Source of the DNA: an uncultured Planctomycetaceae bacterium | Lineage (GTDB): Bacteria; Planctomycetota; Phycisphaerae; UBA1845; UTPLA1 | Assembly (NCBI GenBank): GCA_964514515.1 | Contig: CAZERK010000001.1 | Location: forward strand, 1-44,118 | Direction of reading: 5' to 3' | Length of the DNA stretch: 44,118 bases | Part shown: positions 6,471-15,497 of the stretch, piece by piece | Position numbering within the stretch: the first letter of the stretch is position 1 | Layout: each line of letters starts with the position of its first letter | The notes under the pieces: generated by a model | Seen by the model: the letters and a program-made list of their open reading frames with translations, nothing else | The model's database searches: none | What the model was told of the DNA's origin: nothing | Position numbers and translations under genes: made by a program

Positions 6471-9221
6471 TCAGGCCTCCGTGAACTCGTACACAAACTC
6501 GTTTTCGGCCACGCTCATGTGGATGACCGGCGGCATCTTCTCGGCCGCGAGTTGCTCGAGCAGCCGGCGCGACAGAACGGGGAGCACTTCGCGGTCGATC
6601 ACGTGGTCGATCTGGCGGGCGCCGAGATCGACCTGCTGGCAGCGTGCCGCGATCGCATCGTAGACCGGCTCGTCGGCCCGCAGCGTCACCTTGTGGGCGG
6701 CACCGAGACGCTTGCCGACCTTGCCGAGCTTCATCCGCGCGATGTTCTTGAGCACCTCGTTACTGAGCGTGAAGAACGGGATCACCGTCATCCGCGCGAC
6801 GAGCGCCGGCTTGAAATGCTCGCGCAGGTGCGGATAGATCGACTCGCGCAGCTCCTGCCAATCCACCTCGTTGCCCGACTCGCACATCTGCTGAATCACG
6901 TCCGTGCCCAGATTGCTCGTCAGGAACACGACCGTGTTCTTGAAGTCGATCACGCGGCCTTCGCCGTCGGCGAGATTGCCCTTGTCGAAGACCTGGTAGA
7001 ACAGGTTCATCACGTCGGGGTGGGCCTTCTCGACTTCGTCGAGCAGCACGACCGAGTACGGATTCTGCCGCACCGCCTCGGTGAGCACGCCGCCCTCGCC
7101 GTAGCCGACGTAACCGGGCGGCGAGCCCTTGAGCTGCGAGACGGTGTGCTTCTCCATGAACTCCGACATATTGATCGTGGTCAGGAAGCGCTCCCCTCCG
7201 AAGAGCAAGTCCGCGACCGACAGCGCGAGCTCCGTCTTGCCCGTGCCGCTGGGGCCCACGCAGAGGAACACGCCCATCGGCTGCGTCGGGTTGCCGATGC
7301 CGGCCTTCGATGAACGCAGCTTCTCGGCAACGATCTTGAGGGCGTGATCCTGGCCGACGACGCGGCCGCGGAGCCGATCTTCCATCTGCAGGATCACGCT
7401 GACTTCATCCTTCACGACGCGGCCGACCGGGATGCCGGTCCAGTCGGAGACGACAGCCGCGACGGCGGCGGCGTCCACCTGGGGATATAGCAGCGCGTGC
7501 TCGCCCTGGATGCGCTGCAACTCGGCCATGGCCTCCGTGATCTCGCGACGGAGGGCGGCTTGGTCGACCGGGGCGGCCTTTTCGGGGGCCTTCTCCGGCG
7601 TCTTTTCCGGAACCTTCTCCGGAGCCTTCTCGCCGGCCGGCTTCGTCGGCTGCGCCGCGGCGGCTTCCGCCTGGCGGGCGATGGCGTCCGGGCTGTCCGC
7701 ACCCTGCAGCTTGGCGCGCAGGTCGCGAATGCGGTTCACGGCCGCCAGTTCGGTCTGCCAGCGCTTCTCGGTCTCTTCGCGCTGCGCGAGCAGCTTGGTG
7801 CGCTGCTCCTGCATCTCCTGGAGCATCGCCGTCTCGATCGTCAGCCCGGCCGATTCGTCGCGCTGCAGCGCGGCCACGGCGGTGTCGAGGCTGCTGATCT
7901 GGCGGTCGATGTCCTCCAGTGCCGCGGGACGCGTGGTGAGTGCGACGGCGACGCGCGCGGAGGCGGTATCGAGCAGGTCGACGGCCTTGTCGGGCAGATA
8001 GCGTCCGGAGATGTAGCGTTTGGAGATTTCGGCCGCCGCGGTCACGGCTTCGTCGAGCACGACGACCTTGTGGTGCTTCTCGTACTTGTCCTTCAGGCCG
8101 CGGAGCATGACGACGGTGGCGTCGGTGGTCGGCTCGTTGCAGCGGACGACTTGGAAGCGGCGTTCGAGCGCGGCGTCCTTCTCAAAGTACTTCTTGTATT
8201 CGGCCCAGGTGGTGGCCGCGACGGTGCGCAGCTCGCCGCGGGCGAGGGCCGGCTTGAGCAGGTTGGACGCATCGCCGCCGCCCGACCCGCCGGCACCGAT
8301 GAGCGTGTGCGCTTCGTCGATGAACGTGATCATCGGCTGCGCGCTGTCCTTGATCTCGCGAATCACGTTCTTGAGGCGGTTTTCGAACTCGCCCTTCACG
8401 CCGGCGCCGGCCTGCAGCAGGCCGAGGTCGAGGCAGACGAGCTTCACCCCGCGCAGGAACGGCGGCACGTCGTTCTGCACGATGCGCAGGGCGAGGCCTT
8501 CGACAATCGCGGTTTTGCCCGTACCGGGCTCGCCGACGATGATCGGGTTGTTCTTGCGGCGCCGCCCGAGGATGTCGATCATCTGGCGGATTTCGGCGTC
8601 GCGGCCGAAGACGGGGTCGATGCCGCCGGCCTGCGCCTTGGCGGTGAGATCGACGCAGAACTGCTCCAGCGCGGTGCCGCCGCCCGGCGCACCGGGAGCG
8701 CCTTTGCCCCGCCCTTCCGGCGCGCCACCCGCGGACGGGCCGAGCACGATCTCCTGGAAGTGATCGCGGAGCTGGTCAATATCGATGCGCTCGAGCTCGG
8801 TGGCGAACTCACCGAGGTTCACGTGCGCGGGGTTCAGCGCCAGGGCCAGGATGAGCAGGCCCGGACGGATCTGCTCGATGCCGAACTCGTCGGCCATCAC
8901 GCCGGCGGACTGGAAGAGCTCGACGAGCTTGGGCGAGAGCGCGGGCCGGCCGCGGTGCTGCGCGGGCATCTGGTCGAGGGCCCGCTGCACGGCGCGGCGG
9001 AGGCGCGTGCGGTCGACCTTGAAGGTGCCGAAGATCTGGTTGACGTCGCTGACGTTCTCGTCAAGCAGACGCAAGAGCAGGTGCTCGGGCGTGACCTCGT
9101 AGTGTGTGCGCGAGGCGCAGACACTCGTGGCCCCCTGGAAGGCCTGAATGCACTGGGCGTCACTGCGCCGCAGCAGGTTACGAAGCTGTTCCGCGGTGGA
9201 TGCGGAGGGTGTCTCGCTCAT
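6471..9221 (-). CDS. clpV: Type VI secretion AAA+ ATPase ClpV (TssH), 916 aa
   Basis: Clp N-domain-like start. Two Walker A boxes (GEPGTGKTAIVEGLA and GPSGTGKTELA). ClpB-like blocks: LLKPALARGELRTVAATTW, RRFQVVRCNEPT, GARQIDHVI. Located between tssG and vgrG. Confidence 0.97.
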   Translation of the reverse strand: MSETPSASTAEQLRNLLRRSDAQCIQAFQGATSVCASRTHYEVTPEHLLLRLLDENVSDVNQIFGTFKVDRTRLRRAVQRALDQMPAQHRGRPALSPKLVELFQSAGVMADEFGIEQIRPGLLILALALNPAHVNLGEFATELERIDIDQLRDHFQEIVLGPSAGGAPEGRGKGAPGAPGGGTALEQFCVDLTAKAQAGGIDPVFGRDAEIRQMIDILGRRRKNNPIIVGEPGTGKTAIVEGLALRIVQNDVPPFLRGVKLVCLDLGLLQAGAGVKGEFENRLKNVIREIKDSAQPMITFIDEAHTLIGAGGSGGGDASNLLKPALARGELRTVAATTWAEYKKYFEKDAALERRFQVVRCNEPTTDATVVMLRGLKDKYEKHHKVVVLDEAVTAAAEISKRYISGRYLPDKAVDLLDTASARVAVALTTRPAALEDIDRQISSLDTAVAALQRDESAGLTIETAMLQEMQEQRTKLLAQREETEKRWQTELAAVNRIRDLRAKLQGADSPDAIARQAEAAAAQPTKPAGEKAPEKVPEKTPEKAPEKAAPVDQAALRREITEAMAELQRIQGEHALLYPQVDAAAVAAVVSDWTGIPVGRVVKDEVSVILQMEDRLRGRVVGQDHALKIVAEKLRSSKAGIGNPTQPMGVFLCVGPSGTGKTELALSVADLLFGGERFLTTINMSEFMEKHTVSQLKGSPPGYVGYGEGGVLTEAVRQNPYSVVLLDEVEKAHPDVMNLFYQVFDKGNLADGEGRVIDFKNTVVFLTSNLGTDVIQQMCESGNEVDWQELRESIYPHLREHFKPALVARMTVIPFFTLSNEVLKNIARMKLGKVGKRLGAAHKVTLRADEPVYDAIAARCQQVDLGARQIDHVIDREVLPVLSRRLLEQLAAEKMPPVIHMSVAENEFVYEFTEA
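7577..7636 (-). repeat. Five tandem 12-nt units encoding (x-P-E-K)n inside clpV
   Basis: The minus strand reads GAG AAG GCT CCG GAG AAG GTT CCG GAA AAG ACG CCG GAG AAG GCC CCC GAA AAG = EKAPEKVPEKTPEKAPEK. Confidence 0.8.
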
Positions 9222-9308
9222 GTCCCTGCACTCTCCTTCACTCTGTCACGACGGTCGATCACGCACATGCGCCGGACAATCAGGTCCGGCGTCGCCCGCA
9301 CACGGGCC

Positions 9309-10406
9309 TTAGCTCGCGGCAAAGGTCACCGCGGTTTCGCCGAGTTCGCCGGCCCGCACCCAGCTCGTCCAGCCGAGGCGGCCGGCCTGTTCATCCGAAC
9401 TCAGTTGCGTCATGGGCACCTCGCCGGCGCGCAGCACGATTTCGAGCGCGAACGCCAGCGGGTCCGCGCAGTACAGCCGCGTCAGGGCCCGAGTTTGCTC
9501 GTAGCGCGTCCCGCCGGGGAGGAACGTCTCGTACGTCGCCAGGTCGACGGGCCCCAGACGGATCGTAAACGCGCCGCCGAGGTCGTAGACCTGGTCCCCC
9601 ACCGTGAGGTTTACACCGAGGCCGCAATTGACGGCGCCGAGGCGGTTCAAATCGCCCGGCTCCAGCGGCACCCATTGCCCGACGAACTGCTGCACCTGCA
9701 CGGGAATGTCGCCCCAATAGTCGAAGAGCAGGCCCTGCAGGCTCGTCGCGGAGCGCGGGCGCTGCGTCAGCAAACCGGCGTAGCGCAGCAGCCGCAACGG
9801 CGGCACGCCGAGCGTTTCGGCGTCGTACTCCGGCGGACAACCGATGAGCATTTTCAGATAGTCGGTCACCACGTCGCGCTGCGGGGCGGCGAAGGCGCGC
9901 TCGTAGTGATATTTCATCCACGCGCGATAGAACAGCGAGATCACGCGGTGATGCAGGACGTCAACAAAGTCGCGCATCGGGCTCGACCCCGGCAACACGT
10001 CCTTGCCCGGCTCGTGCCCGAGGGATCTGCGGTCCAGGGCGCGCTCGGGGTCGCTCGCTCGCAGGATGTCCACGGCGTAGTGCAGCGGCAGCGGAGTCGA
10101 GCCGCCGTATAGACCGAGGAACGCGACCTCCAGTAGCTGGCACAGGGCGCCATCGGCGCCGGGGAACTCGGTCAGGCTGCACACGTCGGTCGCGGGGAAG
10201 CTCAGCGACAGGTCGGGGCGGAAGCGAATTCGTTCCTGCGCGACGGGGCCGCGCTGGCCGACGGGCGTGCCGCCGGCACTGGCACGTTCGAGCAACCACA
10301 CGGCCTGGAAGAAGTCGAACTCCCAGGGCCGGGCGCGCAGCCGGTCCAGGCCATCCGCCGGAGCGGACGCCGGGGCCGGGTTCGGGCTGGCGCTGATCGC
10401 GGTCAT
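9309..10406 (-). CDS. tssG: Type VI secretion baseplate protein TssG
   Basis: RARPWEFDFFQAVWLLER...ERIRFRPDLSLSFPATDV is the conserved TssG N-terminal signature. 4-nt ATGA overlap with tssF (10403-10406). Confidence 0.93.
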   Translation of the reverse strand: MTAISASPNPAPASAPADGLDRLRARPWEFDFFQAVWLLERASAGGTPVGQRGPVAQERIRFRPDLSLSFPATDVCSLTEFPGADGALCQLLEVAFLGLYGGSTPLPLHYAVDILRASDPERALDRRSLGHEPGKDVLPGSSPMRDFVDVLHHRVISLFYRAWMKYHYERAFAAPQRDVVTDYLKMLIGCPPEYDAETLGVPPLRLLRYAGLLTQRPRSATSLQGLLFDYWGDIPVQVQQFVGQWVPLEPGDLNRLGAVNCGLGVNLTVGDQVYDLGGAFTIRLGPVDLATYETFLPGGTRYEQTRALTRLYCADPLAFALEIVLRAGEVPMTQLSSDEQAGRLGWTSWVRAGELGETAVTFAAS

Positions 10407-12208
10407 GGCAAGCTCTCCGCCGGTGTGCCCTGCTCGCCGGCGCGCGGCGGGAAGGCGTGAATCTGTCCGCTGCGCGTGAAGCGCACCGTCAACTGGCTGA
10501 AGGCGTTGACGGTGACGTAGGCCCCGAAGAAGCGGTCGAGGAGGGCGGCGAAGAGGAACGCGTCGCCCTCGCCCGCAAAGTTTTCCTCGTTGAGCTCCAA
10601 CTCCAGATGCGTGCCGCGGATCGGCGCACCGCGCACCATGCGTTCGCGATACGACGCGCGCAGGGTCACGATGCCGTCGAGCAGACGCTGGTGGACCAAC
10701 GCCCGCTGCGCGTCGTGCGCGGCCTGGTAGTCGTAGACGCGCAACAGCTCGCGCAGATGCTCGATCTTGGCGAGCGAGACGTAGTTCAGCGACAGGTGCG
10801 AGATCAGCCGCCAGTGCAGCCCGCGCCCCAGCGGCGGGCGAACGGTCGGCGTCGGCTTGAGCAGATTGCGGAAGCGGATGCCCGACGGCGACGCGTCGGT
10901 CGGCTCGCTGATATCGCCCGCGCGCAATTCGCCGGGCAGGTCGCGGTTCGTGCAGGTCAGGTCGATGGAGATGGTCTCTTCCGACGGCACGGTCTCCGTT
11001 CCCCCACCCACGACAAACGAGACGAACGTGTCGGTGCCCCAGCGGGCCTCCTTGCCGATCATGCTCGGGGCGACCTGCAACTGGTAGTACGTCGCCGCGC
11101 GCGGGTCATTCGTAGCCACGTGGGCGAACGAGTAGAACGGCATGAACTCGTGCGATTCGAGGTCCTGCGCCCGTACGAGCCCCAGCACACGATCGACCGA
11201 ATAGACCTCGGCGTGGCGACGATCGGCGATGCCCGCACGGGCCGGCTGCACGAGGTAGCGCACGCGATCCTGGCTCAGGCGGATCGGTTCGGCGCTGTGC
11301 GCGAAGAGGTTCACGATCGGCACGCAGTGGAGACGGATGTTCTCCGGGGCGACGAGCGGGTACGACTCCAGCCGCCGATTGAAATAGAACGTCAGCTCCA
11401 GGCTGCCCTCCAGCTCCAGGGCGTTGACGGCGCGGTCGAGCCCGCCCACATCCACGAACAGGAAGCGCTCCTTGAGCGTGAAGTACTCCTGGATATGGCA
11501 GTAGCCGCTGAAAACATACGGCGGGTACGGCAGGATGTGCTCGGACGGATCGAGGCCCGCAGCGCGGACGTCCTGCGGCTGAAGCGTGAACTCGCGCCGC
11601 GCGCTGCCGCCGGCGCCGTTGCTCACCGTGACGCGATCCACGTGGGCGGCCAGGAGCAGATAAAGTGCGAACGACGTGCGCGCGTCCCCTGCAAGGTGCA
11701 GCCGCACGCGATCCAGTTCCATGTCCGCCAGCTTCGCCTTGGCGGCCGCGCGGAGCTGCAGCGTGAGGCGCGCGGGCTCCGCGGGTGGCGTTTCCAGCCG
11801 AACGCCCGCCAGTCCCCACGGGCGGAGCTTCGTCGGCCAGGCGGAGCGATAGCGGCAACTGGTGCCGTCGATCGGGCGGCTCGCGAATTCGGCCCCGGCC
11901 GGCACTTCGACCGGCGCCTGCATGGCTTCGATTTCGGGGACGAATTCGAGGACCGACATCGACGGAACGGGCCGCAGGTAATGCGGCCAGAGGAGCGACA
12001 TGAGGCTGCCGGTCAGCTCGGGCAGCTCGTCGTCGAGTTTCTGGCGGATGCGTCCGCAGAGGAAGGCAACGCCTTCGAGCAAACGATCGACGTCGGGGTC
12101 GGCGCCGGGATCGGCAAGATGGCGCGCGATCTCCGGGTTGGCCCGGGCGAACTCGGGCCCGACTTCGCGGAGATAGCGTAACTCGTCCTGGTAGTACGTA
12201 TTGCTCAC
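10403..12208 (-). CDS. tssF: Type VI secretion baseplate protein TssF
   Basis: MSNTYYQDELRYLREVGPEFARANPEIARHLADPGADPDVDRLLEGVAFLCGRIRQKLDDELPE is the canonical TssF N-terminus. 601 aa. Confidence 0.95.
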   Translation of the reverse strand: MSNTYYQDELRYLREVGPEFARANPEIARHLADPGADPDVDRLLEGVAFLCGRIRQKLDDELPELTGSLMSLLWPHYLRPVPSMSVLEFVPEIEAMQAPVEVPAGAEFASRPIDGTSCRYRSAWPTKLRPWGLAGVRLETPPAEPARLTLQLRAAAKAKLADMELDRVRLHLAGDARTSFALYLLLAAHVDRVTVSNGAGGSARREFTLQPQDVRAAGLDPSEHILPYPPYVFSGYCHIQEYFTLKERFLFVDVGGLDRAVNALELEGSLELTFYFNRRLESYPLVAPENIRLHCVPIVNLFAHSAEPIRLSQDRVRYLVQPARAGIADRRHAEVYSVDRVLGLVRAQDLESHEFMPFYSFAHVATNDPRAATYYQLQVAPSMIGKEARWGTDTFVSFVVGGGTETVPSEETISIDLTCTNRDLPGELRAGDISEPTDASPSGIRFRNLLKPTPTVRPPLGRGLHWRLISHLSLNYVSLAKIEHLRELLRVYDYQAAHDAQRALVHQRLLDGIVTLRASYRERMVRGAPIRGTHLELELNEENFAGEGDAFLFAALLDRFFGAYVTVNAFSQLTVRFTRSGQIHAFPPRAGEQGTPAESLP

Positions 12209-12300
12209 AGGCGGTTCCGATCCTCTGACCCAAGTCCATGAGGCGCGCGCATTCGTCCGGCACGGAGGCCTGACGCTATGCGTGCAGCGCGGTGCAGCGC

Positions 12301-12738
12301 CTAACCCGACACGCTGAAGCGGCCCGCGGGCGACACGGCGGTTTCGTACCAGACGCGGTGTTCGCCGCCGCGGCCGACCATGACGGCATCGACGCGGAAC
12401 ACGAGGTTGCGCTGGTCGCCCTCACCGGCCTGGTGGGACACGCGGACGCGTTTGAGACGCGGCTCGTACTTTTCGATGGCCGTCCGGATCGCCTCCTGCA
12501 CGCGCAGGAGGTAGGCCTGACTGCCGGCGACCATGTCGGTCAGGGCGGGCAGGCCGTAATCCGGAGCGGTCTCGCTCATGCCATGCCGGGAGTTGAGCAG
12601 CCGATTGAGGTTCCGCTGGACCGACTGCATGAGGGCCTCGGGGTCCTCGGCAGCCGTGGTCTGATAGCGGCCCGCAATAGGCGTTTCACCGGCGGCAAGT
12701 CGATCGAGCAGCGACTGTTCGCGCGCCACGCACTCCAC
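12301..12738 (-). CDS. tssE: Type VI secretion baseplate protein TssE (gp25-like)
   Basis: SLLDRL...LMQSVQRNLNRLLNSRHG...DYGLP...IRTAIEKYEPRLKRVRV matches the gp25/GPW-like pattern. GTG start at 12736-12738; an alternative GTG lies at 12727-12729. Positioned between hcp and tssF. Confidence 0.85.
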   Translation of the reverse strand: MECVAREQSLLDRLAAGETPIAGRYQTTAAEDPEALMQSVQRNLNRLLNSRHGMSETAPDYGLPALTDMVAGSQAYLLRVQEAIRTAIEKYEPRLKRVRVSHQAGEGDQRNLVFRVDAVMVGRGGEHRVWYETAVSPAGRFSVSG

Positions 12739-12815
12739 CTCGTCGGGCTCGCGGCCGACCGGCGACGGGGGTTACGCCGCCCGCCGCCGATCGCCGCGGA
12801 TGCGCGAGAAGCCGC

Positions 12816-13295
12816 TTAGGCGGCACCGGGCTGCCGCCACTCGTCCATTTCGACCACGCTGTCGGGCAGCCAGTTCCACTCGATGATCTCGTAGACGAAA
12901 CTGACCTGCTCCATGTGGCGGTAGGACTCGTTCTGCGGCACGAACGACATGGGCATGTACGGCCGCATGTCGACGATGCGCGCGTTTTTCAGGGTGATGG
13001 TGTAGTACTTCGACTCGGACCGGGTCGTGGGGTCGATCCGGTAGAAGTCGAGGACGACCTCCTTGAGGTTCTGGCCGGTGCAGAGGGCCTTGTGGAAGCC
13101 GGGGGTGGCCTTATCGATGATCTTCACCACCCGCATGGGGCTGTGCACGCGCACGCCGGTCGCCTGGCCCGTGGTGGGGTCCAGGGGCTGGTGGATGTGA
13201 TGTTCGATCTCGAAGACGTCGGACGTGCCTTCGCGGCCCTTCTTCTCGGAAGAACCCGGATACTCGCCCACTTTCAGATTGCACGGGGTTGGCAT
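12816..13295 (-). CDS. hcp: Type VI secretion tube protein Hcp (TssD)
   Basis: 159 aa. ATG at 13293-13295 with AAGGAG (13303-13308). Hcp-like blocks: REGTSDVFEIEHHIHQPLDPTTGQATG-RVHSPMRVVKIIDKATP...EVVLDFYRIDP...YYTITLKNARIVDM. Canonical slot after tssC. Confidence 0.9.
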   Translation of the reverse strand: MPTPCNLKVGEYPGSSEKKGREGTSDVFEIEHHIHQPLDPTTGQATGVRVHSPMRVVKIIDKATPGFHKALCTGQNLKEVVLDFYRIDPTTRSESKYYTITLKNARIVDMRPYMPMSFVPQNESYRHMEQVSFVYEIIEWNWLPDSVVEMDEWRQPGAA

Positions 13296-13397
13296 ACTCG
13301 ATCTCCTTGCCTCTGGATTTGCGATCCTGTCCTACGAACACCTTGCAAAAATCACACCGTCGGGCGCGGCAGCGCGGGCCGCCGGCGGCCGAGTCAC

Positions 13398-13419
13398 CCC
13401 GCCGCGTGCGCGCGGCGGG
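13398..13419 (-). promoter_or_regulatory. Perfect 9-bp GC hairpin between tssC and hcp
   Basis: CCCGCCGCG (13398-13406), loop TGCG, CGCGGCGGG (13411-13419). It starts 7 nt downstream of the tssC stop on the transcript and has no U-tract. Confidence 0.5.
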
Positions 13420-13425
13420 CCGGGT

Positions 13426-14907
13426 TCATTGCGGCGGCGGGTCGAACTGGCCCACCATGGAGAGCTGCACTTCGACGCCCTTGAGGCGGAAGTGCGGGAT
13501 CATCTGGATCTCGGACTTGAACATGCCGGGCTTGCCGGGGACCGGCGTCGCGGTGACCTGGATCTCCTTGATGGGGTACTTGGAGGCCAGTTCGTCGTCG
13601 AGGGTGCCCTGGCGGCAGTACTGCTTGAGCCAGGTGTTGATCTCGTTGACCATCTTCTCGGCGTCCATGACGCGGCCCATGTTTTCGCGCCAGATCACCT
13701 TCAGGTAGTGGGCGATGCGGCACTGGATCATGAGGTACGGCAGAGACATGCCGAGCCGCGCGCGGGTCTCGTCTTCCTTGCCCTCGGGCGTATCGGCGAA
13801 CTTGCCGACGCGCTTGCACGAGGGGGCGTCGAAGAAGGCGGCGTTGTCGCTGCCCTTGCGCATGACCAGCGGCACGAAGCCGAAGTTGCACAGGTCGACG
13901 TCCATGTCTTCGGAGATCAGCGTTTCGGTCGGGATCTTGGTGTGGTACTGGCCGGTCGCCTCGTACTGGTGCAGCGGGAGGTTCGGCACCGTGCCGCCGC
14001 TGTTGGGGCCGACGATGGCATTGTACCAGCCGTACCTGGCGAAGCTCTCGGTCATGCGCCCGGCAAGGGCGAACGAGGCATTGCCCCACAGATAGCGGCT
14101 GTGGTCCTGGACGCGGACGTCTTCTTCGAAGACGAAGTCCTTCACGTCCTGGTTCGCCACGGTGTACGGCGAGCGGAGCAGGAAGCGCGGCATCGCCAGC
14201 GCGACGTAGCGGGCGTCGTCCGACTGGCGGAACGAGTTCCACTTCGTGTACATGGGCTGCTCGAAGATCTCGTACATTTCCGAGAGCTTGGGCAGCTTGC
14301 TGTAGTCGCCCATGTTCTTGTCGAACATCTTCGGGCTGGCGCCGGCGATGAACGGGCACTTGGCAACGGCGGCGACACGGGCGATTTCGCTGAGCAGCTC
14401 GACCTCGGGGTTGCGGTAGTCGAAGTCGTAATTGCTGACCATCATGCCGTAGGGGTTGCCGCCGAACGTGTTGTACTGGTCGCGATAGACCGTCTTGAAC
14501 AGGCCCGATTTCTGCCAGTCCTTACAGTCCTGGAAGTCTTCGAGCAGGTCCTGCTTCGAGGCGTTGAGCATCTCGATGCGGATGTTCTGTCGGAACTCGG
14601 TGTTGTCGATCAGGTACCAGAGGCTGCGCCACGAGGACTCGAGCTTCTGGAACTGCTCGTTGTGCAGTACCTCGTTGACCTGGGCGCTGATCTGCTGGTC
14701 GATTTCGGCGATGAAGTCGTCGACGACCTGCTTGTTGATCGTCACCTTGTTGAGGTCCAGACCGGCGGCCTTCTGCACGAGGCCCGCCAAGCCCTTGCGA
14801 TAGAGATCCATGTACTCGTGATCGAGATCGAGCTGATCGATCAGCGAGTCTACCGCCGTCGTGTCGGAAGCGCCGGCCGCAGCGGCTTGCTGGGGTTGTC
14901 CTGCCAT
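13426..14907 (-). CDS. tssC: Type VI secretion contractile sheath large subunit TssC
   Basis: 493 aa. QISAQVNEVLHNEQFQKLESSWRSLWYLI, CPFIAGASPKMF and GPNSGGTVPNLPLHQYE are typical TssC/VipB blocks. Confidence 0.97.
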   Translation of the reverse strand: MAGQPQQAAAAGASDTTAVDSLIDQLDLDHEYMDLYRKGLAGLVQKAAGLDLNKVTINKQVVDDFIAEIDQQISAQVNEVLHNEQFQKLESSWRSLWYLIDNTEFRQNIRIEMLNASKQDLLEDFQDCKDWQKSGLFKTVYRDQYNTFGGNPYGMMVSNYDFDYRNPEVELLSEIARVAAVAKCPFIAGASPKMFDKNMGDYSKLPKLSEMYEIFEQPMYTKWNSFRQSDDARYVALAMPRFLLRSPYTVANQDVKDFVFEEDVRVQDHSRYLWGNASFALAGRMTESFARYGWYNAIVGPNSGGTVPNLPLHQYEATGQYHTKIPTETLISEDMDVDLCNFGFVPLVMRKGSDNAAFFDAPSCKRVGKFADTPEGKEDETRARLGMSLPYLMIQCRIAHYLKVIWRENMGRVMDAEKMVNEINTWLKQYCRQGTLDDELASKYPIKEIQVTATPVPGKPGMFKSEIQMIPHFRLKGVEVQLSMVGQFDPPPQ

Positions 14908-14966
14908 GCGTAAGTCTCCCTGAGTAGTTCGTAACTCGACTGGTCATGCCTCGCTGCGAGCGGGCG

Positions 14967-15473
14967 TTACTGCTGAGGCGGCGCTTCGCCGCCGGCGGCT
15001 TCCTCCGGTTGCGAGATGAGCGCCAGGATCTTGTCGCGGACTTCGGGGTCCTTGATGGCGGCGAGCAGCTTCTGCTGCGCGTTCTTGTCGCCCATCTTGG
15101 GGCGCAGCGCCTTGAGGGCGTCGCGCAGATCGAGCAGGTTCTTGAGCTGCGGGACCTGACGAGCGACCGCTTCGGGGCGGAAGTCCTTGAGCGTGCCGAA
15201 CTTCAGCGAGACCGGCATTTCGCCGGCGCCGGCAATGCGGTTGGCCACGGAGGTCTCGAGCGACAGGTTGAAGCTCTGCATCACCGAGTCGAAGTTGGTC
15301 TTGTTGATGTCGACCGGCGCGCGGTCTTCGACGGGGCGCTTGTCATCCTTGAGCGTGTAATCGCCCATCACCAGCAGCCGGAACGGCAATTCCGGTTCGG
15401 CGCCGCCGCGCAGGCGGTCCGAGATCGCGATGTTCACCCGTGATTCACGAGCCTTCGACGGTCCTTTGGCCAT
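14967..15473 (-). CDS. tssB: Type VI secretion contractile sheath small subunit TssB
   Basis: 168 aa. ELPFRLLVMGDYT...INKTNFDSVMQSFNLSL...LKFGTLKDFRPEAVARQVPQLKNLLDLRDAL is the TssB/VipA signature. Confidence 0.95.
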   Translation of the reverse strand: MAKGPSKARESRVNIAISDRLRGGAEPELPFRLLVMGDYTLKDDKRPVEDRAPVDINKTNFDSVMQSFNLSLETSVANRIAGAGEMPVSLKFGTLKDFRPEAVARQVPQLKNLLDLRDALKALRPKMGDKNAQQKLLAAIKDPEVRDKILALISQPEEAAGGEAPPQQ

Positions 15474-15497
15474 AGCCGCACTCCTCGATTAGAACGG

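Noticed and set aside
7497-10112. 871-aa plus-strand ORF, the longest ORF opposite clpV/tssG
   Set aside because: It is an antisense shadow ORF of a GC3-saturated region. The translation is Arg/Gly/Ala/Leu low-complexity with no motifs, whereas the minus-strand ClpV and TssG translations carry unambiguous family signatures.
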